From Telmatocola sphagniphila (lineage in GTDB: Bacteria > Planctomycetota > Planctomycetia > Gemmatales > Gemmataceae): a stretch of 32,000 bases of DNA. Of the stretch, positions 1-8,720 are shown piece after piece (within the stretch, counting starts at the first letter, position 1; each line of letters starts with the position of its first letter). The position numbers and the translations under genes were made by a program. The stretch lies in assembly GCF_018398935.1 (NCBI RefSeq), contig NZ_CP074694.1, positions 1,380,001-1,412,000 on the forward strand, in the 5' to 3' direction. The notes under the pieces are model-generated. The model was given only the letters and a program-made list of their open reading frames with translations, was not told the DNA's origin and did no database searches.

Positions 1-84
1 GAGCAATTGCTGGCTAAGGGCCTTGCCGATGCCAGAGGTGGCCCCGGTAATGAGAAAACGCTTACCCGAGAGGTTGCGATGCAT
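1..84 (-). CDS. Short-chain dehydrogenase/reductase (SDR), N-terminal fragment; the gene continues beyond the left edge
   Basis: Reverse complement of 1-84 translates to MHRNLSGKRFLITGATSGIGKALSQQLL. ITGATSGIG is the classical SDR TGxxxGxG Rossmann motif. ATG at 84-82. Too short to appear in the ORF track. Confidence 0.6.
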   Translation of the reverse strand, partial: MHRNLSGKRFLITGATSGIGKALSQQLL

Positions 85-273
85 ATTAGCCCTGATGATC
101 TGGGTTTCCCAATTTGCCAAAATCTATTTTATTCATCGCTATTAGCCTTCGCGAGTGACGGAAAGCTCCTCCTTGAAAGCGAATAGTCGGAAAGCTCTCA
201 AATCTGGAAAACTCGCTACAACCTGAGGAATATTGGCCTGTTCTTTCCACGAGACCCTGGGTAAATTTCGCCC

Positions 274-1524
274 ATGCAATGGCTTCTGATCGGATATATG
301 TTCCTCTTTATTGACCGGCCATTTGAGGTCTGGCCAATTCTCGGCGACATCCATCTGGAGAGAATTTACTTTCTGGGGATGATCGGCTACTGGCTGATTT
401 TTGCTAATAAAACACTTCCGCTGAGTCGGGTTCACTCCGCCCTGCTTGCGTTCGCCAGTGCGTTATTGATTTCCTGGAGTTTGTCGCGCTGGCCAGGTAG
501 CGGTCAGCCCATCGTCGAAAACTGGCTCAAAATCTTGGCTTTTTACGCGTTGATCGTCACCTCCGTACGGGATGTCCAAGGACTGCGCTTCCTCGTGTGG
601 GGATTTGTCGGATCGGTATTTCTTTACGAAGTGCATTCGCTGCGGGAGTATCTGGGCGGTCGGCATACCTATCGCATGGGGATCGTTCGCATGTTGGGAG
701 TGGATGATACCCAGGGAGATCCGAATAGTTTCGGCGCGACAGTGCTCTTTGCCCTTCCCTTCGCCATCCTGCTCTATCAAACCACCACTCACCGACTGGC
801 GAAGTTTTATTACGTCGGTTTCTCTCTGCTGACTTTCACCTGTATCGGCCTTACCGGATCGCGATCTTCCTTTTTGGGCTTGTCGATCTGGCTGATGATC
901 GAAGTCTTTCGAAGTCGGCATCGCTGGCTGGCTTTGTCAGCTTGCATCATGCTGGCCCCGGTTGGCTTTCAACTTCTCCCCGAAAGTTTACAAACCCGAT
1001 TTGAAACGATCATCAGTCCTGAAGTTGGACCTGAAAGTGCCAGAGAGTCGAGCGAAGGACGATTAATCGGCCTCTCTCAAGGGGTCGATCTTTTTCTCGA
1101 TAATCCTTTTTCGGGCTGCGGACCAGGCGCCTGGCGACCGGCCACGCACAGCCTCATCGAATCTCATAATCTTTATGGACAGGTGATCGGCGAACTGGGA
1201 GCTTTAGGGGCTCTGGCCTTTTTGATACTTCTACTAATTTATTTCTTGGAAATCCGCAAGATTCGCAGCGCTGCGGCCTGGGAAATTTCAGATCGGCTTT
1301 CGTTTCCCAAAAAACTCGCCGAGGCAGTAGGACTCAGTCTATTTTTGCTGCTCCTGGAAGGGAATTTTGGTCACAATCTCTATCGCTATAACTGGCTCTG
1401 GTATGCCACATTCCTGGTAATTGCCCGACGATGCTCGATGGTTAGTAACGTCGCAAGCGAGTTCGATACGGGACAAATTCCCCTGGCGGAAAATGAAAGC
1501 GAAATCGAATCAATCCTCGAATGA
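274..1524 (+). CDS. O-antigen ligase/polymerase-like (Wzy_C family) polytopic membrane protein
   Basis: 416-aa ORF that is hydrophobic throughout, with many predicted TM helices. TGSRSSFLGL and ESHNLYGQVIGELGALGALAF resemble the conserved loop and helix of WaaL/Wzy_C family proteins. ATG at 274. Confidence 0.7.
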   Translation: MQWLLIGYMFLFIDRPFEVWPILGDIHLERIYFLGMIGYWLIFANKTLPLSRVHSALLAFASALLISWSLSRWPGSGQPIVENWLKILAFYALIVTSVRDVQGLRFLVWGFVGSVFLYEVHSLREYLGGRHTYRMGIVRMLGVDDTQGDPNSFGATVLFALPFAILLYQTTTHRLAKFYYVGFSLLTFTCIGLTGSRSSFLGLSIWLMIEVFRSRHRWLALSACIMLAPVGFQLLPESLQTRFETIISPEVGPESARESSEGRLIGLSQGVDLFLDNPFSGCGPGAWRPATHSLIESHNLYGQVIGELGALGALAFLILLLIYFLEIRKIRSAAAWEISDRLSFPKKLAEAVGLSLFLLLLEGNFGHNLYRYNWLWYATFLVIARRCSMVSNVASEFDTGQIPLAENESEIESILE

Positions 1525-1932
1525 TTTTTCCGAACGAGTCTTTTTTCGGGCTGCCTGAATCTTTTTGTCAGTCAATCGTCGTCGGACGGAGCCTTTGGTG
1601 GGTTTGGTGGCTTTGCGCGGTTTCTCGACAATCAAAGCTCGACGCAGGATATTTGCAAATTTGGTCAGGCAGTCTTCGCGATTTCGAGGTTGATCGCGAT
1701 AGAGCTGGCTTGTCAGTACCAGATCTCCTTCCGTCGTCAGCAGATTTGCCAGTTTCATCTGCAGGCGCGGTCGAAGTGGACCTGGGATGGAGGGCGAGGC
1801 ATAAAAATTCCAGCGCAGGGTCGCTTTCGAGGCCACTTTGTTGACGTTCTGTCCCCCTGGCCCGCCCGATCGGGAATAGCTCCACTCGAACTCCTCGAGC
1901 GGTATTCGTAATTGGTCGTTAATCTGAAGCAT
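1510..1932 (-). CDS. arfB: Alternative ribosome-rescue factor ArfB (YaeJ), a GGQ-type peptidyl-tRNA hydrolase
   Basis: RSGGPGGQNVNKV carries the GGQ motif, followed by a basic C-terminal tail (KPRKATKPTKGSVRRRLTDKKIQAARKKTR) typical of ArfB. I prefer the internal ATG at 1932 (MLQINDQLRIPLEEFEW...), which matches the usual ArfB N-terminus, over the ORF-track start at 1968. The 3' end overlaps the convergent gene by 15 nt. Confidence 0.88.
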   Translation of the reverse strand: MLQINDQLRIPLEEFEWSYSRSGGPGGQNVNKVASKATLRWNFYASPSIPGPLRPRLQMKLANLLTTEGDLVLTSQLYRDQPRNREDCLTKFANILRRALIVEKPRKATKPTKGSVRRRLTDKKIQAARKKTRSEKSFED

Positions 1933-2029
1933 TTTTGAGCCATGTACCGGGAGGCAACGCCTCCTCATTGATATTGACCAGAATCTTACCCTATCTTAGC
2001 ATCTCAAGCGGTAAATCAGAGGATTGTAC

Positions 2030-3694
2030 ATGAATGAGACTGCCGAACCAGGTTGGGTTCAGCCCCAAGGAAACACCCGTTGCGCTTGCACAAGTTCAGA
2101 CTGGCTTTTCCTTGTTGGAATTATGATCCTCGGATTGATACCCAGAATCTGGTGCTTAACGCACACAGAAGTAGCCGCACGCGATAGTATCGGCTTTATC
2201 CGCAGCGCTCTGGAAATGGAGTCCCCTCCGGTGGATTATCGGGACACTTCCCGGCATTTCACGCGAGCCGAGGTATTGCAGTATACGCTTCAACCACCGG
2301 GATATCCGGCTTGGCTTTTGCTGATTTCTCAGCCGGTTCGTTCCTACTTGGGAACCACTCCGGATAGTATGGTGCTCAGCGCTCAACTCGCGACGATTCT
2401 CGCTTCGCTACTGCTTGTAATTCCCATGTACTTTCTCGGGAAGCGTGTCTTTGGCCAGTTTGTAGCTCTCTTTGGAACTGCTCTCTTTCAGGTTCTTCCG
2501 GTGATAGTTCAACTAACGAGCGATGGCTTGTCGGAGAGCCTTTTTTTGCTCTTCGCCATTACTGCAGTTTGGAATTGCGTCTTGGCCTTAGAAACACAAA
2601 AGATTCCTTTCTTCGCCGGGGCGGGAGCCTCTATCGGGCTCTCCTATCTGGTACGGCCTGAAGGGCTGATCATCGGTGTGGCGTTGCTGATTGCGGTGGT
2701 CGTGGTATCGTTCAAAGGAGAAACACCGTTCAAGAAATGGGTCATTCGATCTGTTTGCGTGGCTCTCAGTTTTGCGGTAGTAGCTGGACCATACGTCGCA
2801 ACCATCGGTGGGCTGACCAATAAGACCACGGGTAAGGGGTTGATTCATTACATTCAAGGCCAGGAGGTCGACCCTACTTGGCAGAATCGGCCGGACGAGA
2901 TTGGTCAAAGATCACAGAATCCGACTCAGCTATTCGCCGTCTTTTCTGCTGAACTCAACGGTAGCACGACAGCCCGAGCATTCTGGGCACTTAAAGGTAT
3001 CGGCATCGAAGTTTCAAAAGTCGGATTCTACCTTCCCTTCACCTTGGCCGTTTTGGGCTTTATCATTGCCCTCTTCACGCCAAACAAAAGTGAGGGCTCG
3101 CGATTTTTGCTACTCTTGATCCTCTGTCATTTTGGGCTCCTCTTTCTACTGGCCTTCAAAATCGGCTATATCTCCGAACGGCATACAGTCCTCTCGGTCT
3201 GCATTGGTTCCTTCTTTGCCGTCTATGCTATTAAAAGTTTGGCGGACTATTTTTGTGAATATCCCAAGGAGTTTGGCAAAGCGGCGTTGCTTCCGGCTTT
3301 AATCCTTTGCTTAAGCTGCTACGTGATGGATTTTCGGGTATTGCATGCCAATCGGGCGGGACATAAGGCAGCTGGGCAATGGTTGGCTCAGAAGATTCAG
3401 CCGAATGAAGTGATTTGGGACCCCTTTAATTGGGCCGAATTCTACGCAGGTCGATCTTTGTATGGGGAACCCGATCGAAATCCTGAACGCGGCCCAGTTT
3501 ATACCGTTATTGAGCCCCAACATGCCACGCCGCACTCTCGACTGCCTATGCTGGTGACGGCTGTCGAGATTATGCGGCAAGGTGAACCCGTTTTCCACTG
3601 GCCGGAGAATAAACCGATCGAACAGGCCAAGGTGGCCGTCTATCGTGCAGAGCATTTTAAGCCAGTGACTCCACCAGCGAACCCACCTCAGTAA
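2030..3694 (+). CDS. Glycosyltransferase family 39 (ArnT/PMT-like GT-C) membrane protein
   Basis: About 554 aa with multiple TM helices, an early periplasmic-loop acidic motif (EVAARDSIGF) and a soluble C-terminal domain, which is GT-C/PMT_2-like architecture. ATG at 2030 is preceded by AGAGGA (2017-2022). The ORF-track TTG at 2024 is less likely. Confidence 0.7.
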   Translation: MNETAEPGWVQPQGNTRCACTSSDWLFLVGIMILGLIPRIWCLTHTEVAARDSIGFIRSALEMESPPVDYRDTSRHFTRAEVLQYTLQPPGYPAWLLLISQPVRSYLGTTPDSMVLSAQLATILASLLLVIPMYFLGKRVFGQFVALFGTALFQVLPVIVQLTSDGLSESLFLLFAITAVWNCVLALETQKIPFFAGAGASIGLSYLVRPEGLIIGVALLIAVVVVSFKGETPFKKWVIRSVCVALSFAVVAGPYVATIGGLTNKTTGKGLIHYIQGQEVDPTWQNRPDEIGQRSQNPTQLFAVFSAELNGSTTARAFWALKGIGIEVSKVGFYLPFTLAVLGFIIALFTPNKSEGSRFLLLLILCHFGLLFLLAFKIGYISERHTVLSVCIGSFFAVYAIKSLADYFCEYPKEFGKAALLPALILCLSCYVMDFRVLHANRAGHKAAGQWLAQKIQPNEVIWDPFNWAEFYAGRSLYGEPDRNPERGPVYTVIEPQHATPHSRLPMLVTAVEIMRQGEPVFHWPENKPIEQAKVAVYRAEHFKPVTPPANPPQ

Positions 3695-5027
3695 GCTTGT
3701 CGAGTTCCCAACACTGGCTCAGGATTTTATCCGCCTTGGCTTTGCCGAAGCGAGGTTCCACCGTACCCCGGAATTTGGCTTCGACTTCGGCATCCGTCAT
3801 TGGATTTTCGGCGTGCCCGCGCGGATACGCCACTTCCTTGCTAAGAGTTTTCCCATTAGCCAAAGTCAGAACTATCCGATTTGGTATGCCCTTGGGATAA
3901 CCCTTGCTCAATTCATCATCGAGATGGACTTTCACCTTGGCGGTGAAGTCAATAATGTCGCTCTTCGTGAACCGTTCCGGATCGAATTGCTTCAAGGTGA
4001 CTTCCCCATCGAACAAGGCGACAGCCGTGCAATACGGGAGGCTGTGATCAGCCGTTTCTCGTGTTTTGGGTTTCCAGGCTTCCAGATATTTGCCGATAAT
4101 GTTGTAACTGGCTTCAAAAGTGTAGATGTCGATTTTCTGCACGGCCGAGACATCGTTCCCCAGTTCTTGGCGAAGCTGCAGAGCCGCATCAATCGCGCTT
4201 TGCGAGTGGTACTCCGCCGGCCAATACTTAATGTAAGTCCGATTGATCATAAAGCCCTCGCTGCTCGAGGCTTCCGCGCCCATAGGAGCTACCGAAAAGG
4301 AATCGCGCGTCACCAGTTTCATGAAGCCGAGATCCCCTTCAAAAATGGGCGCGGGACCTGTCAATCCATCCGCCGCGAGGAGTGAAGCGAACACCCCGTT
4401 GCGAGCGGCATTTGCAAATGCACAGCCCTTCCACATACTCAATTCGCCCGAGCGAGTTTGTCGTAGTGCGACATTGGAAACTCCAGCAAGGCCAATGGCA
4501 TGTGCAATCTTGCTGGCATCGAGTTTTTGCAGCTTCGAGGCCGCGATCGCCGAGGAGATGGCACCATAGGTCACATGGTCCACTCCTTGCTTGCGAAGGC
4601 TGCAGGCATCGCAGAGACGGCATTGAATTTCATAAGCGAGCACGGCGGCCGTGATGACCTCTTTACCCGAAGCCTGATACGCTTCTGCAACAGCCAGAAT
4701 GGGGGCCAGATTATCGCTGGGATGGGCGGGCTCTTTGGAGAGATAGGTGTCGTTGAAATCCAGATAGCGAATCAGCAAGCCATTAACGAAAGTCGCCAAT
4801 TCGATTGAGGATGTACCCCCGTTGAGTAGACTGGCTCCAGGACTGCTCTGCATCCGGGAGGCGACTTTCCGAGCGATTTGGTATGCCTCGGAATCCATTG
4901 CACCGGAGGCTGTGGCGAACGAATCGATAAGCCGACGCTTCACTTCGTGAATGGCTTCTTTCGTCAATTGTTCGTATTTCAATTGGCTGGCATAATTGGC
5001 GAATCTTAAAGCCAAAGACTGTGACAT
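3657..5027 (-). CDS. MmgE/PrpD family protein (2-methylcitrate dehydratase-like)
   Basis: 456 aa with a length and N-terminus (FANYASQLKYEQLTKEAIHEVKRRLIDSFA) typical of the PrpD/MmgE family. AAGGAT RBS about 9 nt upstream, 15 nt after the MFS stop codon. Substrate cannot be inferred. Confidence 0.82.
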   Translation of the reverse strand: MSQSLALRFANYASQLKYEQLTKEAIHEVKRRLIDSFATASGAMDSEAYQIARKVASRMQSSPGASLLNGGTSSIELATFVNGLLIRYLDFNDTYLSKEPAHPSDNLAPILAVAEAYQASGKEVITAAVLAYEIQCRLCDACSLRKQGVDHVTYGAISSAIAASKLQKLDASKIAHAIGLAGVSNVALRQTRSGELSMWKGCAFANAARNGVFASLLAADGLTGPAPIFEGDLGFMKLVTRDSFSVAPMGAEASSSEGFMINRTYIKYWPAEYHSQSAIDAALQLRQELGNDVSAVQKIDIYTFEASYNIIGKYLEAWKPKTRETADHSLPYCTAVALFDGEVTLKQFDPERFTKSDIIDFTAKVKVHLDDELSKGYPKGIPNRIVLTLANGKTLSKEVAYPRGHAENPMTDAEVEAKFRGTVEPRFGKAKADKILSQCWELDKLTEVGSLVESLA

Positions 5028-5042
5028 CTCGAAAATATCCTT

Positions 5043-6380
5043 TCAATTCTTATTCGTACCGGAGTTCCAGAGGCCTAGGACCGCACACCAAGCCAGAATC
5101 GGAGGTATCCCTGCAAAAATTAGGGCCTGAGAGTAATCTCTGGTCCAATCGACTACCCAACCCTGGAGCGGATAGAGCCCAGCGAGAAACAATGCATTGA
5201 TTGTACCGAGAGAACCGGTCACTTTCCCCTGATGCCGTGAGGATACTTCCTGGCTTAATGAAAAGTAGGTCGGAAACAATCCGAGCGAGGCAAACCCTAT
5301 CAGGAGCAATACTGCCAGTAAGAGATTCCCTGTTGGCAGAAAAGCGGCGATCACACTCAGAAGCGCGAGCAAGGCGCAACCGAAAAAAACCAGCATTCGA
5401 CTCGTGTGTACTGCGAAGCCACGGCGGCTCAGGAGCAGAGTGACGATTCCAACGGAAAGCGAACCGATCTCGGCTGAAATGTAGTAAAGCGAGGTGAAGT
5501 AGTTCATGAACTCCCGAGAGTAACCGTGACCCTTCTGCAAAAACAAGGGTAGCCAGGCTCGAAAGGAATGCCAGGTCGTATTCACGGCAATAATTACCAG
5601 AACCAGCAACCAGTAGCGTCTTTGAAAAAAGATTTCCCGAAACCAAGGAACCTCTTCGGGGGCGGTTTCAACTTTGTTCGCGATTGGCATTTCTAACTGG
5701 CTTTTCCGTACGATTAGAAACCAACACGCCACCCAGGCAAATCCCAGTAGGCCGATTACTTGAAAAGGAACCGGCCAGGCGGGAGACCAGGCGGGCATAA
5801 AACCGCCGATTGGGGAGCCCAGAAGCCGGAATAAAGATTCTCGTTCGAATCGATGCGGATCGCGCCAATGCAGACAGTAAAGTATTACCAGCGGTGTAAT
5901 TATGGCTCCCAAAGCGGTGCCGCCTTGAAAAAAGGCATTCCCCAAAGATCGCCGTTCTGGAGTGAACACCTTTCGAGTGGTGACGATCCCACATGGCCAG
6001 TTCCCGGCCTCGAAAAGCCCTAAACTGAAACGGCATAGCAGCAAAAAAGTGAAACTCGGGGCCCAGCCACACAGAAAGCCGGATAAGGACCAGATCAGAA
6101 CCACTGAAGGATAGGTCAGGTATACCCCTTTTCTGTCCACCAGCCAGCCGAAGGAGAATGCCCCGAGGGCGAATGCGAATGAAAATACCCCTTCCAATAA
6201 GCCGTACTGAGTATTATTCAAACCGAATTGCAACTGGATGTCGGCGGCACTCTGGTTAAGCGCCATCCGGTCCATATAGTTAAGAGTTGAAGCGGTAAGT
6301 AAAAGTACACAGATTTGCCAGAGAGAAATCGTATTTTTCAAGTGCGAATTCTGGGTGGAATCGTTGCTGGGAGAGTTCAT
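5043..6380 (-). CDS. MFS transporter, anion:cation symporter (ACS; ExuT/DgoT-like) type
   Basis: 445 aa, about 12 TM. The N-terminal motif LNYMDRMALNQSAADIQLQFGLNNTQYGLLEGVFSFAFALG is typical of ACS-family MFS organic-acid transporters. Immediately upstream of, and co-oriented with, the PrpD-family gene. Confidence 0.8.
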   Translation of the reverse strand: MNSPSNDSTQNSHLKNTISLWQICVLLLTASTLNYMDRMALNQSAADIQLQFGLNNTQYGLLEGVFSFAFALGAFSFGWLVDRKGVYLTYPSVVLIWSLSGFLCGWAPSFTFLLLCRFSLGLFEAGNWPCGIVTTRKVFTPERRSLGNAFFQGGTALGAIITPLVILYCLHWRDPHRFERESLFRLLGSPIGGFMPAWSPAWPVPFQVIGLLGFAWVACWFLIVRKSQLEMPIANKVETAPEEVPWFREIFFQRRYWLLVLVIIAVNTTWHSFRAWLPLFLQKGHGYSREFMNYFTSLYYISAEIGSLSVGIVTLLLSRRGFAVHTSRMLVFFGCALLALLSVIAAFLPTGNLLLAVLLLIGFASLGLFPTYFSLSQEVSSRHQGKVTGSLGTINALFLAGLYPLQGWVVDWTRDYSQALIFAGIPPILAWCAVLGLWNSGTNKN

Positions 6381-6420
6381 ACCGCAACCTATTGAATCAA
6401 TTTAACCTCTGATCTAACCT

Positions 6421-6792
6421 ATGAACGTAATTCACAAGAACCCGGTACTATGTCCCATGGCCATGGGAGGCTTTGTTCTCTCGGTGCTGTCGCAGATCCT
6501 AGCTTATCTGGGAACTTTCGGACCAGCTCCGTTTGGCGCAATTCGCATTCCTTTCAAAGCCCTGGAAGGTGCTCAGGCCCTGTTGGTTTACGGCGGAACC
6601 TTTATTTTTCCGATCCTACTGGGGCTTCTCGGGGCCGGCCTCGGCGCTTACTCGTTTCAATCGATCGATCGATCCGGGGGCCATCTCAAGGGGAATGCGG
6701 CGGCAGTTTTTGCGGTTTTGCTGGGGCTCTTCTCGGTTGTGATCAGCACTATCGGCACCTTCGCTGTCCTGATTTATCCGCTGATCTACTAG
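6421..6792 (+). CDS. Small Gly/Ala-rich integral membrane protein (DUF4190-like), function unknown
   Basis: 123 aa with 3-4 hydrophobic segments. The G/A/L-rich helices (LLGLLGAGLGAYSF, AAVFAVLLGLFSVVISTIG) look like real membrane-protein composition, unlike the overlapping 162-aa R/S-rich off-frame ORF. Confidence 0.5.
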   Translation: MNVIHKNPVLCPMAMGGFVLSVLSQILAYLGTFGPAPFGAIRIPFKALEGAQALLVYGGTFIFPILLGLLGAGLGAYSFQSIDRSGGHLKGNAAAVFAVLLGLFSVVISTIGTFAVLIYPLIY

Positions 6793-6809
6793 GATTGCAC
6801 ACCCTTCGA

Positions 6810-8018
6810 TCATCCCGCCGGGAGCAATTTGGTTCTCCCGGTAGTGGAATTTCCCTCCCCCATCAGGAGCTTGTCTCGCTCCTGAGGATATTTTCGGAAC
6901 CAGGCTGCGACCAGAAGCACGCTATCGAAGCATCGTAAGGCCGACTGCTTAACCCGCAACGGATCCGTAAAGGATTTCGCGATTTCCGCCAGAAGCTTCT
7001 CCCGCGATTTTTTGTTGCGAGGTTCGAACCTCGCTCCCGTCACCACACCGCGATGAATGATGTACCATACCGGCCGACCTTCCAGGCCCGTGCAGGAATA
7101 GACAAAAGAATGTTCCTCACGAGCCCGCTGGAGGAAGCCGAGCCGTTCTCGAAGCCAGGATAGACTGTCGAGCTTTTCTTTGACGGTCGAAGCCCGCTCA
7201 AATTCCAGATTCTCCGCCAGATGAAACATTTCCCTCTCGAGCTTTTGAATCGGCTCGATATCGGTACCCTGCATGAATTCTTTTGCGCGTTTGATTTGTT
7301 GCGAGTAGCCTCGCCGTGAACAACCGCCGACACAAGGACCGGAGCAGGTGGAAATTTCGAAGCGAATACAGCCAGGCGTCGGCAGGACATCAAATAGGCT
7401 GGGTTGGTCCGCGAAGTGCATTTTTTGCTTCTGAGAGCAATCGCGCAGTCGAAAAAGATCGTTCAAAAAACGTGCAGCCTTGGTCACCCGCCGGCTTCCT
7501 GAGAAAGGGCCAAAACAGGCGAGTTCCTTTCCCGTGGGGCGTGTGGTGGCATAGAGTGTTGGCGCGGGGGTTCGACCGATGCACATATAAACGTAACGTC
7601 GCATACCGGGTTGACCGATGACATTAAACCGGGGCCGGTTGATCTGAATCTGCTCTAACTCCCTCAAAAGAGCCGAGAACTCATTCGGAGTGGTTTCCCA
7701 GACGATCTTCCGGGTGCGAGCTATGATCTTTCCCGCTTTGGGATCGCGACTCTTGGTGCGAAAGTAGCTTAATAGTCTGCTGCGAAGCGATTTCGCTTTT
7801 CCCACATAGATCAGCATGTCCCGAGCGTCCATCATGCCGTAAATGCCCGGCAATTTCGGTGCTTTTTCTCGAATGGCATTTTTCAAAATGCTGGGGGCCC
7901 GCCCTCGCACCTGATCCATCGCTGGTTGGAATTCCGGCGGGTGTAAATGGGTCGGTCCGAAACCCGCGAAAGCGGGAGTATCGAAAAGGGAACTGTGGGA
8001 ATCCTTCCGCTCGAGCAT
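6810..8018 (-). CDS. UvrC N-terminal-half homolog (GIY-YIG nuclease + Cys-rich region + UVR domain; Cho-like), lacking the C-terminal endonuclease and HhH domains
   Basis: GIY-YIG motifs are present: PGIYGMMD, LIYVGKAKSLRSRLLSYF, NEFSALLRELEQIQINRPRFN. It also has the UvrC-type Cys cluster CIRFEISTCSGPCVGGCS and the UVR-like helix pair AENLEFERASTVKEKLDSL. The protein ends at about the point where full-length UvrC starts its RNase-H-like domain. The start is uncertain (8018, or the internal ATG at 7919). Confidence 0.8.
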   Translation of the reverse strand: MLERKDSHSSLFDTPAFAGFGPTHLHPPEFQPAMDQVRGRAPSILKNAIREKAPKLPGIYGMMDARDMLIYVGKAKSLRSRLLSYFRTKSRDPKAGKIIARTRKIVWETTPNEFSALLRELEQIQINRPRFNVIGQPGMRRYVYMCIGRTPAPTLYATTRPTGKELACFGPFSGSRRVTKAARFLNDLFRLRDCSQKQKMHFADQPSLFDVLPTPGCIRFEISTCSGPCVGGCSRRGYSQQIKRAKEFMQGTDIEPIQKLEREMFHLAENLEFERASTVKEKLDSLSWLRERLGFLQRAREEHSFVYSCTGLEGRPVWYIIHRGVVTGARFEPRNKKSREKLLAEIAKSFTDPLRVKQSALRCFDSVLLVAAWFRKYPQERDKLLMGEGNSTTGRTKLLPAG

Positions 8019-8131
8019 GGCCGATTATTCCGAATCCTTCTGGGGCAAGAGAACGATCTTACCTCCAATTCTCACGATTGCAACAACTCCTCTGCTGCTG
8101 TGTGAAATTCATGAAAATGAAATTCTTGTCG

Positions 8132-8160
8132 TTGACTTGAAAAAGGACTCGACTAGTAAT
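8132..8160 (+). promoter_or_regulatory. Candidate sigma-70-like promoter for the fasciclin gene
   Basis: TTGACT (8132-8137), a 17-nt spacer, then AGTAAT (8155-8160), about 44 nt upstream of the ATG at 8204. Pattern match only; promoter rules in this lineage are poorly known. Confidence 0.3.
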
Positions 8161-8203
8161 CATTTGCTATTTGGAAATTTTTAACGCATCAGGAGATTTT
8201 GAA

Positions 8204-8674
8204 ATGTTGAAACGATTCTCTGCCATTGCATTGTTCGTGTTTGCCTTCGCCGGCATGGCCAAGGCCGCGGACAAGGACATTGTCGAAACTGCAACCGCAG
8301 CCAAGGATTTCACCACACTGCTGAAGGCTGCCACCGAAGCGGGCTTGGTCGACACTCTGAAGAGCAAAGGTCCCTTCACCGTGTTCGCTCCCAATGACAA
8401 GGCTTTCGCCAAGATCCCCAAGGAAACTCTGGCAGCCGTTCTCAAGGACAAAGAAAAGTTGAAAGCAATTCTGCTGGCTCACGTTGTGGCCGGTAAAGTG
8501 ATGGCTAAAGATGTTAAGTCGGGCAAGGTCAAGACTGCTGGTGGTTATGAAGTGGAAATTGTGGCTAATGCCGATGGCGTTACTGTTGATGGTTCCAAAG
8601 TGATTGCTACCGACATCGAAGCTAGCAACGGTGTCATTCACGTTATCGATACCGTAATTCTGCCGAAGAACTAA
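8204..8674 (+). CDS. Secreted fasciclin (FAS1) domain protein
   Basis: Signal peptide [26 protein letters not shown]1 motifs [14 protein letters not shown] and [18 protein letters not shown] at 8204 is preceded by AGGAG (8191-8195). The ORF-track TTG at 8171 is rejected. Confidence 0.88.
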   Translation: MLKRFSAIALFVFAFAGMAKAADKDIVETATAAKDFTTLLKAATEAGLVDTLKSKGPFTVFAPNDKAFAKIPKETLAAVLKDKEKLKAILLAHVVAGKVMAKDVKSGKVKTAGGYEVEIVANADGVTVDGSKVIATDIEASNGVIHVIDTVILPKN

Positions 8675-8685
8675 TAAATAATCTA

Positions 8686-8717
8686 TCTCAGGCCGAATTC
8701 ACCTCATCGGCCTGAGA
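8686..8717. terminator. Bidirectional hairpin between the convergent fasciclin and phoH genes
   Basis: Perfect 11-bp inverted repeat TCTCAGGCCGA (8686-8696) / TCGGCCTGAGA (8707-8717) with a 10-nt loop, lying between two stop codons. No long U-tract on either side. Confidence 0.6.
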
Positions 8718-8720
8718 ACT

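Noticed and set aside
5050-5646. A 198-aa same-strand alternative-frame ORF inside the MFS transporter gene.
   Set aside because: The translation is R/S/L-rich and low in information. The MFS frame is fully supported by TM periodicity and family motifs, and I see no frameshift signal.
6616-6813. A remnant of the UvrC C-terminal endonuclease half downstream of the truncated uvrC-like gene, which would indicate pseudogenisation.
   Set aside because: The only minus-strand ORF there (65 aa) shows no UvrC-like motif, and the region is occupied by a credible plus-strand membrane-protein gene. The short form looks like a genuine stand-alone gene.
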